Position numbers and translations under genes: made by a program
Notes under the pieces: model-generated
Told to the model about the DNA's origin: nothing
Database searches by the model: none
Seen by the model: only the letters and a program-made list of their open reading frames with translations
Assembly (NCBI GenBank): GCA_965223345.1
Contig: CBDCWG010000012.1
Location: 1,216,001-1,280,000 of the forward strand
Source of the DNA: Nitrospinales bacterium
GTDB taxonomy: Bacteria; Nitrospinota; Nitrospinia; Nitrospinales; VA-1
Direction: 5' to 3'
DNA: 64,000 nucleotides
In this document: piece by piece, positions 20,340 to 29,115 of the stretch
Position numbering within the stretch: the stretch's first letter is position 1
Layout of the letters: each line of letters opens with the position of its first letter

Positions 20340-21767
20340 ATGTTTTTCAAACAATACTACCTGGGCTGTCTCGCTCATGCTTCTTACATGATCGGCGATG
20401 AAAAAACGCGGACCGCTGTGGTGGTCGATCCGCAACGGGATATCGACCAGTACCTTCAGGACGCTGCCGAAAACGATCTGCGCATTCAGCACGTGATCCT
20501 CACGCATTTTCACGCCGATTTCGTCGCCGGGCATCTGGAGCTGCGCGACCGGGTGCAGGCGAAAATCCATCTGGGCGCGCGCGCCGAAGCCGAGTACGAC
20601 TTCGTGCCGCAGAAGGACGAAAGCGTTCTTGAATTCGGGAATGTGCGGCTGGAGTTTCTGGAAACGCCGGGGCACACGCCGGAAGGGCTCTCCATCCTGG
20701 TTTACGATCTTCAGAAAGATGAAAAACGCTCGCAAATGGTTCTGACCGGAGACACGCTGTTCATCGGCGATGTCGGCCGTCCGGACCTGATGGCTTCGGT
20801 GGGAATCACCGAGAAAGAGCTTGCGAGCATGCTGTACGATTCGCTGCGCGGCAAATTGATGCCGCTGCCCGATGACACGCTCGTCTATCCCGCGCACGGG
20901 GCGGGCTCGTTGTGCGGAAAAAATCTGAGCGACGATACGGTCTCGACCATCGGCAAGCAGAAGCAGTCGAATTACGCCCTGCAGCCGATGAGCCGGGAGG
21001 CTTTCATCGAACTGGTCACCGAAAACCTGCCGCAGGCGCCGCAGTATTTTTCCTACGATGCGCGTCTCAATAAAAAGGAACGGCAGAACCTGGACAGCAC
21101 GCTTGAAGAGAGCCTGCGTCCCCTGTCTCTGGAAGAGGTTCTGAAAATGCAGGCGTCGGGAAGCCAGATCCTCGACACGCGGCCGGAATCGGATTTCAAC
21201 GCCGGTCATCTGAAAGGAGCGGTTCAGGTGGGGCTGGGCGGCAAGTTCGCCACCTGGGCGGGAATCGTTCTGGATCCCGCGGTTCCCATCGTGGTGATTG
21301 CCGAGCCGGGCACCGAGTACGAGGCGGAGATGCGTCTGGGACGGATCGGTTTCGACAAAGTGGAAGGCTATCTGGAACACGGCATGCGGGCGCTGGACGG
21401 CCGGCCGGACCTCATCGATTCGGTGCCGAACTGGACGGCGGAGGATTTGTTGCAGGCGCTGGAGAACGAGGAGCCGGTGTTCGTTCTGGATGTCCGCTCT
21501 CCCTCTGAATTTGCAGAGGGACATATCGTCAACGCAACCTCGATTCCGCTCAACGATCTGAGTCAGCGCGTGGACGCGATTCCCAAAGACCGGCCGGTGC
21601 TGGTGCATTGCGCCGGAGGATACCGCTCGACCATCGCGTGCAGCCTGCTCAAGAAAAACGGCGTGTCCGAGGCGGTCAATCTTCTGGGAGGCATCGGAGC
21701 ATTGAAACAATACCGCGTGTTCGAAGAAAAGTATTTGAACCGCAGCGGGAATGAAGTGCACCGCTGA
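20340..21767 (+). CDS. MBL-fold persulfide dioxygenase plus rhodanese fusion (CstB-like)
   Basis: THFHADF, TPGHT, GDTLF, HGAGSLCG; a Cys-less rhodanese-like domain then an active rhodanese (HCAGGYRS); AAGGAGG RBS. Confidence 0.88.
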   Translation: MFFKQYYLGCLAHASYMIGDEKTRTAVVVDPQRDIDQYLQDAAENDLRIQHVILTHFHADFVAGHLELRDRVQAKIHLGARAEAEYDFVPQKDESVLEFGNVRLEFLETPGHTPEGLSILVYDLQKDEKRSQMVLTGDTLFIGDVGRPDLMASVGITEKELASMLYDSLRGKLMPLPDDTLVYPAHGAGSLCGKNLSDDTVSTIGKQKQSNYALQPMSREAFIELVTENLPQAPQYFSYDARLNKKERQNLDSTLEESLRPLSLEEVLKMQASGSQILDTRPESDFNAGHLKGAVQVGLGGKFATWAGIVLDPAVPIVVIAEPGTEYEAEMRLGRIGFDKVEGYLEHGMRALDGRPDLIDSVPNWTAEDLLQALENEEPVFVLDVRSPSEFAEGHIVNATSIPLNDLSQRVDAIPKDRPVLVHCAGGYRSTIACSLLKKNGVSEAVNLLGGIGALKQYRVFEEKYLNRSGNEVHR

Positions 21768-21818
21768 AGGATCTTAATTTACATGCGATCGAAATGTGCG
21801 ATCGATGAAAGGAAAATC

Positions 21819-23027
21819 ATGCGTTCTTCAGGCAAACCCATCGGAATTTTTCTTTGCGTCCTGTTTCTGAGCGGCGATTTTCTTGCCGGTGTGGCGGAAG
21901 CGATTCCCGTATTTGCGAGACGCTACAAGGTGAGCTGCACGGTCTGCCACATCGGCTTTCCCAAGCTGAACGGTTTCGGCGAAGCGTTCGCGGGCAACGG
22001 CTATCAGTTTCCCGGCGCCGATCTGAAAGATCAGACTGTGGAGACGGGAGACGACAAGCTGCAGCTGCTGGATCACCTGCCGCTTGCGATCCGCGCCGAT
22101 TCGTTTTTCCGCGCGCGCAACGACACGAGGACCAAAACCGATTTTGAGACTCCGTTCGCCATCAAAATTTTATCCAGCGCTCCCCTCACCGATCACATTT
22201 CCTATTATTTTTATTTTCTGTTCGACGAGCGCGGCGACACCGGCGGTGTGGAGGACGCGTTCATTTTTCTCAACGACGCGTACAAGGACGTCGATCTCGA
22301 TCTTCGCATCGGCCAGTTCCAGGTCACCGACATCCTGTTCCCGCGGGAACAGCGGCTGACGTTTCAGGATTACACGTATTACGTCACCGAGATCAGCGCC
22401 AGCGGATTCGATCTCACGTACGACCGGGCTGCGGAGCTGTCCTACAATTTCGATGTCAGCGATACGGTCGGCGCGGGCCTGGTTGTCGGGATCGCCAACG
22501 GCAACGGCATCGGCACGGCGGACAGCGATCGCAATTTCGATTCGGACGGTTTCAAGAATGTGTACGGCAAAGTGTCGTTGTCGGTCGGCGATCAGGGGAT
22601 GGGGGTCTATGTTTACAGCGGCCGCGAGGAAAACCCCGTTTCGATTCGCAACGAATTCATCCGGGTCGGTCCGGATTTCAACCTCTGGCTGTTTGAAGAC
22701 TGGAACCTGTGGGGAAACTTTCTCTACGGAAACGATTCCAACGCCCGGTTCACCGAAGGGTCTCTCGGCGAGATCGAATCCTGGGGCGGCTTTGTGGGCG
22801 TGACCCATCAGTTTTCCGAAGACTGGCTTTTGAATCTGTTGTACAACCGGGTGAAGGTCTACGGGCGGCAGGATCTGGATGCGAACACGATGACGGTGAA
22901 CCTCACTTATTTTCTGAGAAGAAATTTCAAGCTGCTTGCGGAATTCACCGGCGATCTGGAAAGCACCAACGCGTTTCATCCGGTCAAGGAACACACGGGG
23001 GTGTTGGGAATCGTGCTGGCTTATTAA
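21819..23027 (+). CDS. Cyc2-like fused monoheme cytochrome / outer-membrane beta-barrel
   Basis: Signal peptide then AIPVFARRY-KVS-CTVCH-IGF-PKL; amphipathic beta strands; terminal aromatic residue (GIVLAY). Confidence 0.8.
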   Translation: MRSSGKPIGIFLCVLFLSGDFLAGVAEAIPVFARRYKVSCTVCHIGFPKLNGFGEAFAGNGYQFPGADLKDQTVETGDDKLQLLDHLPLAIRADSFFRARNDTRTKTDFETPFAIKILSSAPLTDHISYYFYFLFDERGDTGGVEDAFIFLNDAYKDVDLDLRIGQFQVTDILFPREQRLTFQDYTYYVTEISASGFDLTYDRAAELSYNFDVSDTVGAGLVVGIANGNGIGTADSDRNFDSDGFKNVYGKVSLSVGDQGMGVYVYSGREENPVSIRNEFIRVGPDFNLWLFEDWNLWGNFLYGNDSNARFTEGSLGEIESWGGFVGVTHQFSEDWLLNLLYNRVKVYGRQDLDANTMTVNLTYFLRRNFKLLAEFTGDLESTNAFHPVKEHTGVLGIVLAY

Positions 23028-23065
23028 AAGGACTCGAGATTTTCGATCGAGATTGGAGGGTTGCG

Positions 23066-23671
23066 ATGAAAATGACAACAAAGCGGGGGCGAATGCTCGC
23101 TGCTTCATTGAGTGGGTGCATCGGTTTGCTTGTTTTTTGTGTCGGGCCGGCTGCGGCTTTTCCCGACAGCAAAAAAGCCGCGGGCTGGACAAATATCCCG
23201 GCGCCGTTGGTGGATCGGATTTCGGATCATCCGGTTCGGCCCGTCGTGCATGGCGGCGCGCCGCACCCGCCGAAAAAAGCCGTGACCGACGAAACGTCGG
23301 GGATTTGCCCGCAGCCGCGCCACACCCCGCAGGCGCCTGTAGAGTATGACACGATGACCAATCCTCTGGAGCCCACCGCAAGGAACCTGACGGCGGGGGA
23401 GGCGCTGTTCAAGATCGACGCGAAACCGACGGCCTGCAAAGTGTGCCACGGTTTGGGCGGCGACGGCCTGGGCATCATTTTCGAGCGCTTGCAGCCCAAG
23501 CCGCGCAACTTCACCTGTTATTATACGATGGAGGATATTTCGGACGGCCAGATGTACTGGATCATCAAAAACGGTTCTCCCGGTACGGCCATGCCCGCCT
23601 TCGGATCTTTGAGTGACAAGGAAATCTGGCAGTTGATACTATATCTGCGGCAATTCGGCAAAAAGCAATGA
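23066..23671 (+). CDS. Monoheme cytochrome c, CPQ/FTC paralog 1
   Basis: GGAGG RBS; GICPQPR, CKVCH, PRNFTC, GTAMP. Confidence 0.88.
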   Translation: MKMTTKRGRMLAASLSGCIGLLVFCVGPAAAFPDSKKAAGWTNIPAPLVDRISDHPVRPVVHGGAPHPPKKAVTDETSGICPQPRHTPQAPVEYDTMTNPLEPTARNLTAGEALFKIDAKPTACKVCHGLGGDGLGIIFERLQPKPRNFTCYYTMEDISDGQMYWIIKNGSPGTAMPAFGSLSDKEIWQLILYLRQFGKKQ

Positions 23672-23730
23672 CGCGCCGTTCGGCGCGTGCTTGCCCGGCA
23701 TTTGTATAATTTTACGAACGAGTGTGGAAA

Positions 23731-24258
23731 ATGAATCGATTCAAAAAAAGCCTTCAGAAAAAAACTGTTTTCATCTTTGTTTGTGCGAGTCTGTTCGTGT
23801 TTCTGGCCAGCGATCTGTTTGCCCGTCACGGTGGCCGGCATCACGGCATGCACCACGGCCACGGCATTCACAGTGAAGGGCACGGCGGCCCCGGTATCTG
23901 TCCGCAAGCGCGGACCACGGTCCAGGCCCCCGATGATTATTTGAATCGAAAAAACCCGTTCGAGCCGACCGAAGAGAATCTGTACGAGGGGGAGTCGCTG
24001 TTTCAAGTGGATGCGCAGCCGACGGCCTGCAAGATCTGTCACGGAGCGGGAGGCAATGGTTTCGGGATGATGGCTACGGGGCTCAACCCGCCGCCGCGCA
24101 ACTTCACCTGTGCGGAAACCATGCGAGACATTCCAGACGGCCAGTTGTTCTGGATCATTCAAAAAGGCTCGCCGGGAACCGGAATGCTGCCTTACCCGAA
24201 TCTGACCGATGAACAGATCTGGAAACTCATCCTGTATCTCAGAAGTCTTTCCCGTTAA
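23731..24258 (+). CDS. Monoheme cytochrome c, CPQ/FTC paralog 2, His-rich N-terminus
   Basis: RHGGRHHGMHHGHGIH; GICPQAR, CKICH, PRNFTC, GTGML. Confidence 0.88.
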   Translation: MNRFKKSLQKKTVFIFVCASLFVFLASDLFARHGGRHHGMHHGHGIHSEGHGGPGICPQARTTVQAPDDYLNRKNPFEPTEENLYEGESLFQVDAQPTACKICHGAGGNGFGMMATGLNPPPRNFTCAETMRDIPDGQLFWIIQKGSPGTGMLPYPNLTDEQIWKLILYLRSLSR

Positions 24259-24282
24259 CCCCGCGGTCATGAGATTTTTGCC

Positions 24283-24780
24283 ATGACCGCCTGGGTGGCG
24301 CCGCTCTGGCTCGTTCTCGTTACCGGTCTTGGGGCGGGCGAGCTGTCTGCACACACCCAACTCAAAGCTGCGGATGCGCTGCAAGCGGACCGGTGGCTGC
24401 GCATGGCGGCCGGCATCTGCCCGCAGAACCGCAAGACCCGCCGCGCGCCCAAGCGATACCTGAAAAAAAACAACCCTCTGACCGATTCGAGTGAAAATCG
24501 GGAGCGCGGCCGGGTGCTCTATAATAAGGACGCGAAGCCGACGGCCTGCCGCCTGTGTCACGGCGTGCGCGGCACCGGCAACGGCAAGCTGGCCATGCCG
24601 CTCGATCCGCCGCCGCGCAATTTCACCTGCGCAGAAAACATGCGCGGCGTTTCTGACGGGCAACTCTTCTGGATTATCAAAAAAGGTTCCAAAGGTACGG
24701 CGATGCCTGCGCACGAGCGGACGCTCAGCGATCGGGAGATCTGGGAATTGATCTTATATATCAGGCGTTTTGTCCGCTAA
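24283..24780 (+). CDS. Monoheme cytochrome c, CPQ/FTC paralog 3 (strongly basic)
   Basis: GICPQNR, CRLCH, PRNFTC, GTAMP. Confidence 0.85.
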   Translation: MTAWVAPLWLVLVTGLGAGELSAHTQLKAADALQADRWLRMAAGICPQNRKTRRAPKRYLKKNNPLTDSSENRERGRVLYNKDAKPTACRLCHGVRGTGNGKLAMPLDPPPRNFTCAENMRGVSDGQLFWIIKKGSKGTAMPAHERTLSDREIWELILYIRRFVR

Positions 24781-24905
24781 AAATGGGTATGACTTGCGGC
24801 GGTGCGGATTGTTTTTATACAATTGAATGATTACAACCTGACAATTCAGATTGCGATCGATTCTTACCAAACCCAATTGCCCCCGGGCATGACTCATACC
24901 TGAAA

Positions 24906-25469
24906 ATGAAAATTTCCGATCAAACGAAAAGACTGCGTCTGGGAGCGCTCGCCGTGCTGGTGTGCGTCGGGATCGCCTGGGCTCCGGTGGGAGCGCAGGA
25001 TTTCTGGGAATACTTCGAGCCCGATCCTGCGGAGCAATCCAAACAGAAGCCGCAGGCGAAACCGGATGCGAAATCCGAAGAGGCGAGCGTCAAGATTCAG
25101 TGCCCCCAGGAAAGGAACACCCCCAAAGCACCGGATGAGATCTACCACATGAAAAACCCGGTGCCGCAGACCCAGAAAAACATCCTGATCGGCAAAAACC
25201 TGTATCTGGAAAAAGCCCAGTCCTTGCAGTGCAAGCACTGTCACGGGGTGCACGGCGACGGCACCGGTGAACTGGGTCTGTTCGCCAATCCGCTGCCCCG
25301 CAATTTCACCTGCTGGGAGATGATGAAGGAAATTCCGGACGGTCAGATGTTCTGGGTCATCAAGAAAGGCGTTCCCAATACGGCCATGCCTTCCTACGAC
25401 AATCTCAGCGATGAGGACATCTGGAAGCTGGTCATGTACGTGAGGAAGTTTTCCCGCTTTTCAAAATAA
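24906..25469 (+). CDS. Monoheme cytochrome c, CPQ/FTC paralog 4
   Basis: Signal peptide; QCPQER, CKHCH, PRNFTC, NTAMP. Confidence 0.88.
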   Translation: MKISDQTKRLRLGALAVLVCVGIAWAPVGAQDFWEYFEPDPAEQSKQKPQAKPDAKSEEASVKIQCPQERNTPKAPDEIYHMKNPVPQTQKNILIGKNLYLEKAQSLQCKHCHGVHGDGTGELGLFANPLPRNFTCWEMMKEIPDGQMFWVIKKGVPNTAMPSYDNLSDEDIWKLVMYVRKFSRFSK

Positions 25470-25543
25470 CCGCAGCCGCAAAAAACTCCGCTCTTCGATG
25501 ATGGGGCGGCCCGGTTTGCGCGTGCCGTGATCGTTTGCCGCCG

Positions 25544-27217
25544 CTAGTGGATGGTCAGCTTTTTGTATTTGGAGCGGCGGTTTTCCTCTTTGCCTCCCAA
25601 TTCCTGCCTGCGCTTTTCGCTGTACTCCTCGAAATTCCCTTCGAACCAGCGGACTTTGCTTTCGCCCTCGAACACCAGAAGATGCGTGCAGATGCGGTCG
25701 AGAAAAAACCGGTCGTGGCTGATCACCATCACGCAGCCGGTGAAATCGAGGATCGCGTTTTCCAGACTGCTCAGCGTCGTCACGTCCAGGTCGTTGGTGG
25801 GTTCGTCCAGAAGCAGGACGTTGCCGCCGCGGCGCAGCAGCTTCGCCAGGTGCACCCGGTTGCGTTCGCCTCCGGACAGCTCGGAGATTTTTTTTTGCTG
25901 ATCGGTTCCCTTGAAGTTGAAGCGCGACACATAGGCGCGTGAGTTCAGGGTGCGGCCGGCCATTTCGATCTGATCGGTGCCGTCCGTGATTTCCTCGAAC
26001 ACGGTCTTGGACGCTTGCAGTTCGTGGCGGTGCTGGTCCACGTAGGACAGGTTCACGGTCGGGCCGAGTTCCAGGCTGCCGCTGTCGGGTTGTTCCTCGC
26101 CCACGATCATGCGGAACAGCGTGGTTTTGCCGGTGCCGTTGGGGCCGATGAGCCCGACGATGGCGCCGCGCGGCACCGAGAAGCTGAGGTCTTTGAGCAG
26201 CAGGTTGCCGTTGTAGCCCTTGCTGAGTCCTTCCACTTCCAGCACGCGTTCGCCCAGCGGCGGACCGGGGGCGATCTGGATTTCGAGTGAGTTTTCGGCG
26301 ATGTCCACTTTGTTGGCAACGAGCTTTTCGTATTCGCGCACGCGGCTTTTGTTCTGTTTGCGGCGCGCGCCGGGGGTGGCGCGCAGCCATTCGAGTTCTT
26401 TGGCGATGCGTTTTTTCAGATGGTCCGCGCTTTTTTCCTGGTGCTTGAGGCGGGCGGCTTTCTGTTCCAGCCAGGCGCTGTAGTTGCCCTCGAAGGGAAT
26501 GCCCTTGCCGCGTTCCAGCTCGAGAATCCACTTTGTGATGTTGTCGAGGAAGTAGCGGTCGTGCGTGGACACGATGACGTTGCCCGGATAACCGGCCAGC
26601 GCCTCCTCCAGCCATTGCACCGTTTCCGCATCGAGGTGGTTGGTCGGCTCATCGAGCAGAATCATGTCCGGTTTTTGCAAAAGCAGTTTGCACAGCGCCA
26701 CCCGGCGGGCCTCGCCGCCGGACAGGGTTCCGGCTTTCTGATCGTCCGGCGGCAGCACGAGCGCGTCCATCGCCACGTCCACCTGCCGGTCGAGTTCCCA
26801 GCCGTCCACCGCGTCGATTTCATCCTGCAGCCGGCCCATCCGTTCGAGGGCTTTCTGCATTTCATCGTCGTCCATCGGTTCGGCCATCTTGGCGCTGACC
26901 GCATCGAATTCCGATTTCAGGCTGAGTATGTTCGCGAACGCTTCTTCCACGTTTTCGCGCACGGTTTTATCCGCTTCCAGCACCGGCTCCTGTGGCAGAT
27001 AACCGATGCGCGTTCCTTTCATGGGCTGGGCGCGGCCCTGGAATTCTTTTTCCTCTCCCGCCATGATGCGGATCAGGGTGGACTTTCCCGCGCCGTTTTC
27101 CCCGACGATGCCGATCTTCGCGCCGTGGTAAAAGGAAAGGTGGATGTCTTTGAACACTTCTTTGCGGCCGTAGGTCTTACTAAGGCCCTGCATGGTGAAA
27201 ATGTATTCTCCGGTCAT
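25544..27217 (-). CDS. ettA: Energy-dependent translational throttle ABC-F protein
   Basis: [22 protein letters not shown], two ABC domains, ELEWLR linker, [13 protein letters not shown]. Confidence 0.93.
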   Translation of the reverse strand: MTGEYIFTMQGLSKTYGRKEVFKDIHLSFYHGAKIGIVGENGAGKSTLIRIMAGEEKEFQGRAQPMKGTRIGYLPQEPVLEADKTVRENVEEAFANILSLKSEFDAVSAKMAEPMDDDEMQKALERMGRLQDEIDAVDGWELDRQVDVAMDALVLPPDDQKAGTLSGGEARRVALCKLLLQKPDMILLDEPTNHLDAETVQWLEEALAGYPGNVIVSTHDRYFLDNITKWILELERGKGIPFEGNYSAWLEQKAARLKHQEKSADHLKKRIAKELEWLRATPGARRKQNKSRVREYEKLVANKVDIAENSLEIQIAPGPPLGERVLEVEGLSKGYNGNLLLKDLSFSVPRGAIVGLIGPNGTGKTTLFRMIVGEEQPDSGSLELGPTVNLSYVDQHRHELQASKTVFEEITDGTDQIEMAGRTLNSRAYVSRFNFKGTDQQKKISELSGGERNRVHLAKLLRRGGNVLLLDEPTNDLDVTTLSSLENAILDFTGCVMVISHDRFFLDRICTHLLVFEGESKVRWFEGNFEEYSEKRRQELGGKEENRRSKYKKLTIH

Positions 27218-27303
27218 GATTCCTCGATGATGGGTTGGTGAATTCCTGCGTTATTTAAGACACTTGGGGGCGCAGCGTCAAGGGATTAAACGGCACCCTT
27301 CTA

Positions 27304-27975
27304 TCAGGAGGCGGCGTTGTTTTTGAAGATGACGAAATCCACGCCGTCGCTGAACACGAGGGAGAGGTCATGGGTGCGGGCGATCCAGCGAAAGGTTTCG
27401 CCCGCATAAAACACGATGTGGGTGGGATCGCGTTTGTAATACCATTTCTCAAACTCGACGATTCTGGTTTCCTCTTTTTCCAGCGGGTGAAAGCGCGTCA
27501 TGACGGCGAGGGTGCCGCCGGGCGCAAGCTTTGAGACCAATTTGGCGATCTCCTTTCCGGGTTCTTTGAAGTGTTCGAAGGTTTCGGTGGAGACGATGCA
27601 GTCGAAGCGGTCATCAGTCTGCGTGTCCGGAAAAAAATAGGGATCGTAGCCCGTGGCCCGGTAGCCTTTGCGGGTGAGCAGGGTTTTGAGAACGGGTGCG
27701 TAGCCGCAGCCGTAATCGAGCACGGTCCGGATGCCGGGGGCGTGTTTTTCGATCAGCGCGATTTTCTTTTCGAACATGCGGACGTAGCCTTCGTTTTCCA
27801 GGCTGTTTTCGTGTTTGAGGTAATGGCTTTTTTCCGCATCCGCCGAGACGTGGTACTGCGGGGGGACGAAGATCAGGCAGCAGTTGCGGCAGAGCCGGTA
27901 TTCCCGCTTGTCGCCAAAGTGGATGGATCGGGTCAAAGACTGCGAACGGCAGAGCGGGCAGGGGGTTTGCTGCAT
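27304..27975 (-). CDS. Class I SAM methyltransferase with an N-terminal zinc finger
   Basis: CPLC...CRNC, VLDYGCG, WYYKRDPTHIVFY; start may instead be 27999. Confidence 0.85.
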   Translation of the reverse strand: MQQTPCPLCRSQSLTRSIHFGDKREYRLCRNCCLIFVPPQYHVSADAEKSHYLKHENSLENEGYVRMFEKKIALIEKHAPGIRTVLDYGCGYAPVLKTLLTRKGYRATGYDPYFFPDTQTDDRFDCIVSTETFEHFKEPGKEIAKLVSKLAPGGTLAVMTRFHPLEKEETRIVEFEKWYYKRDPTHIVFYAGETFRWIARTHDLSLVFSDGVDFVIFKNNAAS

Positions 27976-28019
27976 CGTGTTCTCATGCGGGTTGGACATC
28001 GGGCAAAGGTTTATTTTAC

Positions 28020-28047
28020 TTGATTCTGGGCGGTCTCTGGCTATAAT
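28020..28047 (+). promoter_or_regulatory. Putative sigma70 promoter of efp
   Basis: TTGATT-16-TATAAT. Confidence 0.45.
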
Positions 28048-28112
28048 CACTCGCGACGTGATTCAGAAGAATGCACGGAATTTCGCCCCATCGAACTCTG
28101 AGAGCTTGCGGC

Positions 28113-28685
28113 ATGCCGGTTTATGTGAGTGGCAACGGAATCCGACCCGGTTTCGTCATCAAATACAACAACAACCTGTACAAGGTGCTGTCCGCCGAAC
28201 ACCGGACCCCCGGCAACAAACGGGCGTTTCTGCAGGCCAAGCTGCGCAACCTCAAGGACGGCACGCAGCGGGATGTCAAATTCCGCGCCGACGAGGAGAT
28301 CGAGCGGGCGGTGCTCGAGCAGTCGGAGATGGAATACCTCTACAACGACCCCTCGGGCTACTGCTTCATGAATTGCGAAACCTACGAGCAGACTTTTTTT
28401 GACGAGAAATTCGTGGAGGACGCGAAAAAATTTCTGCTGCCGAACACCCGCGTGCAGATTGAATTCTGCGAAGGCGAACCCATCGGCGTCACGTTCCCCG
28501 AGACGGTGGAGCTGGAGGTGACCGACACCGAGCCGCCCATGAAAGGGGCCACCGCCTCCGGATCGGGAAAACCCGCGACACTGGAGACCGGGCTGGTGGT
28601 GACGGTGCCCCAGTTCATCCAGATCGGTGAAAAAGTTCGTGTTTCAACCACTTCCGGAGAATACCTGGAACGCGTGAAAAACTGA
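28113..28685 (+). CDS. efp: Elongation factor P
   Basis: HRTPGNKRAF tip, YLY, KPATLETGLVVTVPQFI, GEYLER. Confidence 0.95.
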   Translation: MPVYVSGNGIRPGFVIKYNNNLYKVLSAEHRTPGNKRAFLQAKLRNLKDGTQRDVKFRADEEIERAVLEQSEMEYLYNDPSGYCFMNCETYEQTFFDEKFVEDAKKFLLPNTRVQIEFCEGEPIGVTFPETVELEVTDTEPPMKGATASGSGKPATLETGLVVTVPQFIQIGEKVRVSTTSGEYLERVKN

Positions 28686-29005
28686 TTCCCTTTTCCCTCC
28701 GCGTGCGGGAGGGACTTCAACACCGGATTCCCATCCACGGGTTGCCGGCGATCCCCCCCTCGCCCCACCCGGTGTTGAAGGTTTCTTGACCGCTGCCTTT
28801 TTCTGTATTATTTTCAAAAGAATTCGGCAGGTTTTCGTTTCTCGAAAATGCGATACCTGTGAAGCGATTGTTTTCAGACAGCATGCAGGGGCTGTGAAAG
28901 ACGGTTTGCAGCAACAGTCACCGTCATCGTGTGAATCCCAAACCGTGAAGGGCGCGAATTGCCGTTTGCGGTTTGAATGCGGGGATTTAGGGGCGTTCAT
29001 TTCAT

Positions 29006-29034
29006 TTGACATCGATATGGGATTTAACTATATT
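29006..29034 (+). promoter_or_regulatory. Putative sigma70 promoter of the tol operon
   Basis: TTGACA-17-TATATT upstream of tolQ. Confidence 0.55.
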
Positions 29035-29115
29035 GACAAATCGATAGTATTTGTTTGAATTCAAACCTTTACCGTTTAGAATCCCGCCCCTCCCAACCCA
29101 GCCAGAGGTTCTTTC

